Shown here one piece after another: positions 57,062 through 64,000 of a stretch of 64,000 nt of DNA (the first letter of the stretch is position 1; the number at the start of each line of letters is the position of its first letter). The stretch comes from Agriterribacter sp. Lineage in GTDB: Bacteria; Bacteroidota; Bacteroidia; Chitinophagales; Chitinophagaceae. Position numbers and translations under genes: made by a program. Where the stretch lies: contig JBGPHC010000010.1 in assembly GCA_041484195.1 (NCBI GenBank), positions 28,468 to 92,467 on the forward strand, read 5' to 3'. The notes beneath the pieces are model-generated. The model saw only the letters and a program-made list of their open reading frames with translations. It was not told where the DNA came from and searched no databases.

Positions 57062-59317
57062 ATGAAAAGGAATTCGCTCCTGATCCTGGGACTACTACTG
57101 TTCCACCATTCATTCAGTCAAATCACCAGTTCAGACCGCCAAAGAGCAGAGACCCTGCTGAAACAAATGACGGTTGATGAAAAGATCGGCCAAATGACGC
57201 AGGTAACCATGGCAGTTGTAGCCACACAGGGCTGGGGTAACCAGGACGGCAATCTGGATCCGGCCGCATTAAAAAAGGCGATTGAAGATTATAAAGTGGG
57301 TTCCATATTGAATGATGTAAGTAACGCATTGACCGCAGAAAAATGGCGGATGAATATTACGCAGATTCAGGATGAAGCCAGGAAAACCCGACTCAGAATT
57401 CCGGTGATTTATGGATTGGACGGTATTCACGGGCAAACCTACACGCTCAATTCCACCTTATTCCCCCAAAATATCGCCATGGCGGCTACGCGTAATCCCG
57501 AGCTCGTCAGACAGGCCGCAAAAACAACGGCGATGGAATTACGCGCATCCGGCGTTCGCTGGAATTTCGCCCCTGTGCTTGACTGCGGAAGGCAACCGCT
57601 TTGGTCGAGATTTCCCGAGACCTTCGGAGAAGACGTTTATATTGGAAAAACCATGGGTGCCGCGGCAATAAAAGCTTATGAAGAAGATGGATTGCGAAAG
57701 CCCACAGCCGTTGCCAGTTGCATGAAGCACTATCTGGCTTATTCAGCGTCGCGTTCAGGTAAAGACAGAACACCTTCTTACCTGCCTGAAATAGAGTTGA
57801 GGGAATATTACCTACCTCAATTTCGCGCAGCGGTAAAGGCAGGAGCTTCCACCATCATGATCAATTCGGGAGATATTAATGGCGAGCCTGTGCATGCCAG
57901 CAAATATCTGCTGACGGATGTATTGCGCAAGGAACTGGGATTTGAAGGCCTTATTGTGAGTGACTGGGAAGATATCATCCGCTTATATACAAGGCATGAT
58001 GTGGCTGCATCTCCCCGCCAGGCAGTAGTAATGGCAGTGAATGCGGGCATTGACATGAGCATGGTTCCCAGTGATTTTTCATTTGCCGATCTGCTCAGGG
58101 AAGCGGTGAAAAAAGGAGAAGTCTCCATGAGCAGAATTGATGATGCAGTAAGAAGGATCCTACTCCTTAAAATGAAACTGGGACTATTCGATAATCCTTA
58201 TCCTGAACCTGCAGCTATCGCCAATTTTGGCAAAGTCGCTTTCCAGGGACTCGCACTTGATGCGGCCCACGAGGCCATGACCCTTTTGAAGAATGAAAAT
58301 AATGTTCTGCCTCTTTCCAGTAATAGCAAGATATTGGTTGCGGGTCCCTCAGCCCAAAGCATCAGCGCCCTGAATGGATGCTGGAGCTATACTTGGCAGG
58401 GTAAAGATGAAAGATGGTATCCTTCAGACAGCAGGACGATACTCCAAACCATAACCGATAAGTTGGGTCAGGCCAATGTGGTAACTTGTACCGCCAAAGG
58501 TTTTGATAACCCCGAAAATTTTGACGCCGCTAAACTAAAGGCTGCTGCAACATCGGCTGACGCTATCATACTTTGTCTGGGTGAAGATGCTTATGCGGAA
58601 AGCCCCGGCAATATATCAGACCTGGTATTGCCGGAACCGCAGTTGGCGCTTGCCAGGGCCGCGGCATCCACCGGGAAACCCGTTATACTGGTACTTACGG
58701 AAGGAAGGCCAAGACTGATCACCACCATTGAGCCGCAGATAAAGGGGATACTAATGGCATATTGGTGTGGCAGAAAATCGGCCGAAGCCATAGCAGATAT
58801 CTTGTTCGGAGATTATAATCCTGATGGAAAATTACCCTTCAGCTATCCTCGTAGTTCAGGCGAAATAGTCCTCTATGACAGGAAACATACGGAAGACGTC
58901 CGCGAGATCTTCAACGAAAATATGACTATGGACGGTTATAAACCATTGTTCCCGTTTGGTTGGGGACTGAGCTATACCAGCTTTGAATATGGTGATATTC
59001 AACTTAGCTCAAAACAACTTAAAGGAGATGGGAAACTGACCGTGACCATTAGCCTGAAAAATACAGGTAGCCGTGCAGGTAAGCAAACGGTTGAATTATA
59101 TTCGCACGACCTGGTGGCCAGTATTACTCCCAGCATGCAACGCCTCCGGGCCTTCAAGAAAATATCTCTGCAGCCAGGGGAATTCCAAATGGTCAGCTTT
59201 GTGATAGACAAGAATGACCTTGCTTTTGTAAATGCACATCTTAAGACTGTTACTGAGCCGGGCGATTTCGAGCTGATGATCGGCGGGAAAAAGGCATTGA
59301 TCAGCTACCAGCCATGA
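57062..59317 (+). CDS. GH3 beta-glucosidase/beta-xylosidase-type exo-hydrolase, secreted
   Basis: 751 aa with a signal peptide. KHYLAYS, nucleophile context GFEGLIVSDWEDI, and a C-terminal Fn3-like domain. Confidence 0.9.
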   Translation: MKRNSLLILGLLLFHHSFSQITSSDRQRAETLLKQMTVDEKIGQMTQVTMAVVATQGWGNQDGNLDPAALKKAIEDYKVGSILNDVSNALTAEKWRMNITQIQDEARKTRLRIPVIYGLDGIHGQTYTLNSTLFPQNIAMAATRNPELVRQAAKTTAMELRASGVRWNFAPVLDCGRQPLWSRFPETFGEDVYIGKTMGAAAIKAYEEDGLRKPTAVASCMKHYLAYSASRSGKDRTPSYLPEIELREYYLPQFRAAVKAGASTIMINSGDINGEPVHASKYLLTDVLRKELGFEGLIVSDWEDIIRLYTRHDVAASPRQAVVMAVNAGIDMSMVPSDFSFADLLREAVKKGEVSMSRIDDAVRRILLLKMKLGLFDNPYPEPAAIANFGKVAFQGLALDAAHEAMTLLKNENNVLPLSSNSKILVAGPSAQSISALNGCWSYTWQGKDERWYPSDSRTILQTITDKLGQANVVTCTAKGFDNPENFDAAKLKAAATSADAIILCLGEDAYAESPGNISDLVLPEPQLALARAAASTGKPVILVLTEGRPRLITTIEPQIKGILMAYWCGRKSAEAIADILFGDYNPDGKLPFSYPRSSGEIVLYDRKHTEDVREIFNENMTMDGYKPLFPFGWGLSYTSFEYGDIQLSSKQLKGDGKLTVTISLKNTGSRAGKQTVELYSHDLVASITPSMQRLRAFKKISLQPGEFQMVSFVIDKNDLAFVNAHLKTVTEPGDFELMIGGKKALISYQP

Positions 59318-59795
59318 GTTCCAGGGCTGCCGCCTACCAAATTGATATATGTCAATTGCGTGGAAACAGCTTCTTGCCTCAATCTGGAGAAACTTGAAAG
59401 TTGGGATTCTGAATCATCGGCTCCTTGGGGAAGGGTGTTCCTTAATTTAATCCCTTCCCTGAAGGAATAATCCACTTTGAAATACTAGGCATTAAATACG
59501 ATATGGCTGGTAGAGAAATGCCGGCTGGTGAAGAGCGGGATTTGCTTTTTAAGAATGACTGCACCGCTGTTCATGCACCTGCTGCAAAGCTTTTCGCGCT
59601 CCGTGCAGATTGTACAATACTTTTCCACAATCTTCGTTATATTTTCAAGTAACCGCAAGGCTGCTGAATTTTACCGGAATGCTCCGTTTTTAAAAGGATA
59701 TCTCTGAAAAACCCATCCGCACTTCTTCTGAAAACTTCCTGATCTTATCAGTTTTTTGATCCGTCCCTGCATGGTTTAACCCAAAAACAGTATCT

Positions 59796-59900
59796 ATGAA
59801 CAAACTATCTACTGTGCATGCCGGGCAAGAAGTTAAATTATACCTCGTAGCCCTGGCCTACTTCTTTGCTATGACCGTATTTGCGCATTTGTATGTTTAA
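59796..59900 (+). CDS. Candidate 34-aa hydrophobic small ORF (unverified)
   Basis: Reads MNKLSTVHAGQEVKLYLVALAYFFAMTVFAHLYV and is followed 30 nt later by a 10-bp-stem hairpin (59930-59958). Confidence 0.2.
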   Translation: MNKLSTVHAGQEVKLYLVALAYFFAMTVFAHLYV

Positions 59901-59929
59901 ATGTGCAGGTGACAAATGATGGATGAATT

Positions 59930-59958
59930 AAAGGCTGTCCTGGCTTAAGACAGCCTTT
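59930..59958. terminator. Hairpin at the convergent junction upstream of the MATE gene 3' end
   Basis: AAAGGCTGTC-CTGGCTTAA-GACAGCCTTT, a 10-bp perfect stem. The T-tracts are modest on both sides. Confidence 0.5.
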
Positions 59959-59974
59959 ACCATTTTCGCCTATA

Positions 59975-61387
59975 CTATACCTTTACCAATTTCCAATTCC
60001 CGCGCCTGAAGAAGATATAAGCCGTGATGGTGATGGCAGTCTCCGCTACCGGAATGGCGATGAAGACTCCCACCGGTCCGATTCCGAGAGGCTTTGAAAG
60101 GATATAGGCCAATGGTATCTGGAAACACCAAAATCCAAAAAGGTTTATCCATGTAGGCGTTCGGGTATCACCCGCACCGTTGAAGGCATTTGTCATGACC
60201 ATTCCGATTCCATAAAATATGTACCCCGCGCTAATGATACGCATGGCCAGAACGGCATATTGCTGCACTACCACTTCCTTCGTAAAAAATGCAATGATCG
60301 ATTCCGCGAAAACCAGAAAGATCAAGGACACCGATCCCATAAAGACTGCATTGTAACGGGCAGTTTTTAATACCGACAATTGTGCCCTGTCTGGTTGTTT
60401 CGCGCCCAGGTTTTGTCCCACCAGGGTGGCGGCGGCATTACTCATCCCCCATGCAGGAAGTAAGAAGAATAAAACCACCCGGATGGCGATCTGGTAACCG
60501 GCGGAGGCATCACTATGACCTGTCTGCACAACCAGGATCGCCAATACAATCCAACTTCCGGAAGCAATCAGAAACTGGAGAGTTGCGGGCCACGCGATAT
60601 TTATCAGAGAAGTAATGATCTTCCAGTCAGGTCTCAGTTTCCTGAAATTGAAACGGATTATGCCCTTTCCTTTGAATAAATGATAGAACTGATAACAAAC
60701 GCCAATTCCTCTTCCAATGGTAGTTGCCATGGCAGCTCCATTCAAGCCAAAGGCCGGAATTGGGCCCAGCCCCCTGATCAGTATGGGACAAAGAATAATA
60801 TTGCTGATATTCGCAACCCATAAACTTTTCATGGCCATCATGGCATCGCCTGCTCCCCTAAAGATCCCGTTGACCAGGAAAAGCAACATGATGACAATGC
60901 TTCCCCCCATGATGATGCGGGTATATCCTGATCCGATCCTCACGGCTTCTTCTTCAGCTCCCATGAACCGAAGTATCTCAGATGCATATACAAATCCGGG
61001 CACGCTGATAATGATTATGATGGCCACGGCAAGTATGATCGCCTGCATCCCTGATTTATTTGCCTCTTCCCTGTTTTTTTCACCGACCCTCCTGGCTACC
61101 ATAGCCGTCGCTGCCATGCTCACGCCAATTGCCAATGAATAAACAATGGCTATTACAGATTCTGTGAGCCCAACGGTTGAAGTGGCATGTTTGCCCAAAT
61201 GGCTTACAAAAAAAATATCCACCACCGCAAATACACTTTCCAGGCACATTTCCAGTATCATCGGAATGGCAAGTAATATAACAGATCTTCGTATGCTTCC
61301 GCTCGTATAGTCTTGCTGCTCTCCGTTCACAGCCTGTTTTAGCAGATGCCAAACGGACAGCATCCGGCCTTTCTTGATCTCAGTCAT
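59975..61387 (-). CDS. MATE-family efflux transporter
   Basis: 470 aa with 12 TM segments. N-terminal SIRRSVILLAIPMILEMCLESVFAVVDIFFV is typical of NorM/DinF-type MATE proteins. Confidence 0.9.
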   Translation of the reverse strand: MTEIKKGRMLSVWHLLKQAVNGEQQDYTSGSIRRSVILLAIPMILEMCLESVFAVVDIFFVSHLGKHATSTVGLTESVIAIVYSLAIGVSMAATAMVARRVGEKNREEANKSGMQAIILAVAIIIIISVPGFVYASEILRFMGAEEEAVRIGSGYTRIIMGGSIVIMLLFLVNGIFRGAGDAMMAMKSLWVANISNIILCPILIRGLGPIPAFGLNGAAMATTIGRGIGVCYQFYHLFKGKGIIRFNFRKLRPDWKIITSLINIAWPATLQFLIASGSWIVLAILVVQTGHSDASAGYQIAIRVVLFFLLPAWGMSNAAATLVGQNLGAKQPDRAQLSVLKTARYNAVFMGSVSLIFLVFAESIIAFFTKEVVVQQYAVLAMRIISAGYIFYGIGMVMTNAFNGAGDTRTPTWINLFGFWCFQIPLAYILSKPLGIGPVGVFIAIPVAETAITITAYIFFRRGNWKLVKV

Positions 61388-61452
61388 GATAAATAATTAA
61401 TCAGATAATTAAAATAGAATAAACTTGCACCTGCGGCCGGAAGGAAGATGGA

Positions 61453-61506
61453 CTTAAGGATGGAATTTGACACCGCACATATTCCCGAATCTTGGGAATC
61501 CTTAAG
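61453..61506. other. Nested inverted repeats in the MATE/NupG divergent region
   Basis: The outer 9-bp inverted repeat CTTAAGGAT/ATCCTTAAG (61453-61461 / 61498-61506) encloses the 6-bp inverted repeat ATTCCC/GGGAAT (61481-61486 / 61494-61499). Confidence 0.6.
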
Positions 61507-61707
61507 CCCTGGAATTAAAATTTCATATTCATAAATTGAAGTGCAGCAAAAATACTCAAAGCTTTGATATTCCAAAGGATTATATATGACTATTCTTGAA
61601 AAATTTCCGATTTTTTTCTATGGGAGTCTCATTCTTTTGTAATTTCCACTTCCTGCTTGCTTAAATCAAAACCGCACCAAATCTGGTAAAACGAAATCAA
61701 CTGCAAT

Positions 61708-62934
61708 ATGAAATCAACGATCAGGATACAACTTTCAGCCATGATGTTCCTCGAATTCTTCATTTGGGGGGCATGGTATGTAACGATGGGTACTTATCTG
61801 GATAAGGTGCTTCATGCCGACGGAGTGCAGGTAGGGGCCGCGTATAGTGCCATGGCTATCGCTACCATAATATCCCCTTTTTTTGTAGGAATGATTGCCG
61901 ACCGATTCTTTGCGGCCCAAAAAGTCTTGGCTGTCTTACACCTCGCCGGAGCGGCTCTCTTATACTATCTTACAAAAATCGACAATCCCGGTTCTTTTTA
62001 TTGGGTCCTGCTTTTGTATTCTCTTCTGTATGCTCCTACTCTGGCCCTTGCTAATTCGGTTGCATTTCGCCAAATGAAGGATCCCAGCAAGGAGTTTCCA
62101 TCCATCAGAGTGCTGGGAACTATTGGCTGGATCGCAACTGGCTGGCTCCTTGACAAGGTTTTTCATATTGGCACCGATCAACTGGCATTTACATTTAAAA
62201 TGGCTGCTGTTGCCTCAGTTCTTCTGGGCCTGCTCAGCTTTTTTTTGCCGGATACCCCTCCGAAAGCAAAAGGAGCCAAGACCAGTTTCGCTCAAATCCT
62301 GGGCGTGGACGCATTCGTATTGTTCAAAGACAGATCCTTCGTTGTCTTTTTCATAGCTTCAATACTCATTTGCATACCCCTCTCCTTCTACTATAGTTTT
62401 ACCAACCTGTTCCTGACCGAAGCCGGAATGAAAAATGTAACCAGCAACATGACCCTGGGTCAATTTTCAGAAGCAGCGTTTATTTTATTGATACCTTTTT
62501 TCTTCCGTCGTTTAGGAGTAAAATGGATGATCGCACTGGGCATGATAGCCTGGGCCGTTCGTTTCTTATTCTTCAGTTACGGAGATGCTCAGGCGAATCT
62601 TTGGATGCTTTTCGCGGGCATTATCCTTCATGGCGTATGCTTTGATTTCTTTTTTGTAACGGGCCAGATTTATACAGATAGTAAAGCCGGACAAAAAATT
62701 CAAAGTTCAGCGCAGGGCATGATCACCATGGCAACCTACGGAATCGGGATGTGGATAGGAACATTATTGTCGGGATACGTGAAGGATTATTATACTGCAG
62801 ACAGTGTGGTGAATTGGAAGAGTGTATGGATGGTACCGGCAGGTATTGCAGTAGTTGTGCTGGTGCTTTTCACCCTATTCTTCACCGATAACAGGAAGAC
62901 CGCGGCGCATTTGGAGCCGGCTCCGAATCTATAA
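61708..62934 (+). CDS. NupG/XapB-like MFS (nucleoside:H+ symporter family) transporter
   Basis: 408 aa. [27 protein letters not shown] is the hallmark N-terminus of the NHS family. Confidence 0.85.
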   Translation: MKSTIRIQLSAMMFLEFFIWGAWYVTMGTYLDKVLHADGVQVGAAYSAMAIATIISPFFVGMIADRFFAAQKVLAVLHLAGAALLYYLTKIDNPGSFYWVLLLYSLLYAPTLALANSVAFRQMKDPSKEFPSIRVLGTIGWIATGWLLDKVFHIGTDQLAFTFKMAAVASVLLGLLSFFLPDTPPKAKGAKTSFAQILGVDAFVLFKDRSFVVFFIASILICIPLSFYYSFTNLFLTEAGMKNVTSNMTLGQFSEAAFILLIPFFFRRLGVKWMIALGMIAWAVRFLFFSYGDAQANLWMLFAGIILHGVCFDFFFVTGQIYTDSKAGQKIQSSAQGMITMATYGIGMWIGTLLSGYVKDYYTADSVVNWKSVWMVPAGIAVVVLVLFTLFFTDNRKTAAHLEPAPNL

Positions 62935-62963
62935 AATTATTTTTCATTTATAAAAAATGCCGT

Positions 62964-64000
62964 ATGAAAAGAATTTCGATGTTGGGATCGGGTTTTATCG
63001 GAAGATTTTACGCTGATTCGCTGCAGGGCTATCGCAGCAAGGATAAGATTGTTAGTATTTATTCAAGAAGAGAGGAAAGCGCAAAAAAATTTGCAAAGGA
63101 CTATAAGGTTGATCATTGGACCATTGACATGGAAGAGTCCATTTCCAGGCCAGACGTGGATGTAGTATGTATCGCGCTTCCTAATAATCTTCATGAGGCA
63201 GCCGTGCTGCTTTGCTGCAAACATAAAAAAGCCGTCATTACGACTAAACCATTGGGTCGAAATGCCGCTGAAGCCAAAAGAATGCTGGAAGCCGTGGAAG
63301 CGGCCGGCATTTTTAATGGATACCTGGAAGACCTTGTGTACACGCCGAAATTCATTAAAGCCCATGCCAGCGTGAAGAACGGGGCCCTGGGAAGAATTCT
63401 CTGGGCCAAATCCAGAGAAACACATCCTGGTCCTCATAGTGAATGGTTCTGGGATATAGAGCAGGCCGGCGGAGGATGCATACTCGACCTGGGCTGTCAT
63501 TGTGTGGAAATTGCGAGAAGTTATATCGGGAAAGATATCAAACCAATTGAAGTGATGTGTTGGGCCGATACACAGGTAAAACCAATTGACGCGGAAGACC
63601 ACGCGATTGGCCTGGTTAAATACGAGAATGGCTCGATAGGCCAATTTGAAGTGAGCTGGACCTTCAGGGGTGGGTTGGACCTGCGGGATGAAGTAATGGG
63701 CACGGAAGGAACGATTTGGATCAATAGTTTCATGCGTACGGGATTTGAGATGTTCACGACCGGCAAAGGTGCCGACTATGTGGCGGAAAAAGCCGAAAGC
63801 AATAGCGGATGGCTATTCCCGGTAGGTGATGAGTTGAACGAATTGGGCTATAATCATATGTTCATGGACATGTTCAATGCCATGGAATCGGGCAAGGCTC
63901 CTAAAGAAACATTTTATGATGGATATGTGGTCAATGCCGTGCTGGATGCCGCTTACAAATCTGCCAAAACCAAACTCTGGGAACCCGTAAGATTGGATAT
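62964..64000 (+). CDS. Cytoplasmic Gfo/Idh/MocA-family oxidoreductase (3' end beyond window)
   Basis: Not in the supplied ORF track because no stop codon is reached. My own translation from ATG 62964 gives [21 protein letters not shown]...[10 protein letters not shown]...[15 protein letters not shown]...EVSWTFRGG, open to the window end. It has a Rossmann GxGxxG motif and an EKP-like TKPL motif, with no signal peptide. Confidence 0.85.
   Translation, partial: MKRISMLGSGFIGRFYADSLQGYRSKDKIVSIYSRREESAKKFAKDYKVDHWTIDMEESISRPDVDVVCIALPNNLHEAAVLLCCKHKKAVITTKPLGRNAAEAKRMLEAVEAAGIFNGYLEDLVYTPKFIKAHASVKNGALGRILWAKSRETHPGPHSEWFWDIEQAGGGCILDLGCHCVEIARSYIGKDIKPIEVMCWADTQVKPIDAEDHAIGLVKYENGSIGQFEVSWTFRGGLDLRDEVMGTEGTIWINSFMRTGFEMFTTGKGADYVAEKAESNSGWLFPVGDELNELGYNHMFMDMFNAMESGKAPKETFYDGYVVNAVLDAAYKSAKTKLWEPVRLD

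Noticed and set aside
63063-63644. 193-aa minus-strand ORF listed in the track.
   Set aside because: It is antisense to a much better plus-strand reading frame (62964 to the window end) that carries Gfo/Idh/MocA motifs. That frame is missing from the track only because it has no stop codon inside the window.
1-64000. Search for CRISPR arrays, integrases or transposases, toxin-antitoxin pairs, restriction-modification or other defence islands, and prophage genes.
   Set aside because: I recognised none. There are no repeat-spacer arrays, no recombinase-like ORFs and no abrupt change in gene content. The window reads as core metabolic and housekeeping genome.

Overview
This window is a gene-dense chromosomal segment of about 50 CDS with moderate GC content. 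It looks like core genome of a Bacteroidota organism, possibly Chitinophagia- or Sphingobacteriia-like. That guess rests on gene content only: DUF2851, a long LepB, TopA with cysteine-free C-terminal repeats, many TAT-exported Gfo/Idh/MocA enzymes, A-rich start contexts without Shine-Dalgarno, and TAnnTTTG-type promoter matches.

Content from left to right:
- An alpha-glucan/glucose island: GH13, MFS, glgC and glgA, divergent from a GluP-like transporter and a ROK glucokinase.
- Housekeeping genes: lipA, OsmC, DUF2851, maf, a UbiA prenyltransferase, a KdsC-like phosphatase and topA.
- A GH78-like hydrolase followed by two tandem TAT-exported Gfo/Idh/MocA paralogs.
- ogt, then a tripartite RND efflux operon and an orphan FNR/2Fe-2S reductase.
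- cdd and lepB.
- A sigma-54 activator that lacks a DNA-binding domain.
- A TonB-dependent receptor, PDH E1-beta and PepP.
- A YCII protein with an ECF sigma factor carrying a C-terminal extension.
- A nitrilase, a beta-propeller protein and a zinc-ribbon protein, then a tail-less SSB, a GNAT and a thiolase.
- A TAT-signal TIM-barrel protein divergent from a GH3 gene.
- A MATE transporter, a NupG-like MFS transporter, and a third Gfo/Idh/MocA gene that is missing from the ORF track because it runs off the window end.

I found no rRNA, tRNA, CRISPR array, integrase, transposase or recognisable defence system. I cannot point to one clear novel multi-gene system. The best leads are:
- the scattered periplasmic Gfo/Idh/MocA, TIM-barrel and glycoside-hydrolase genes;
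- the sigma-54 activator without a DNA-binding domain, together with the 700-bp ORF-poor region upstream of it;
- three unusually long, structured, ORF-poor intergenic regions (15.4-16.0 kb, 51.0-51.35 kb, 59.3-60.0 kb) that may encode small RNAs or small proteins.

All functional calls come from motif recognition by eye, not from database searches.
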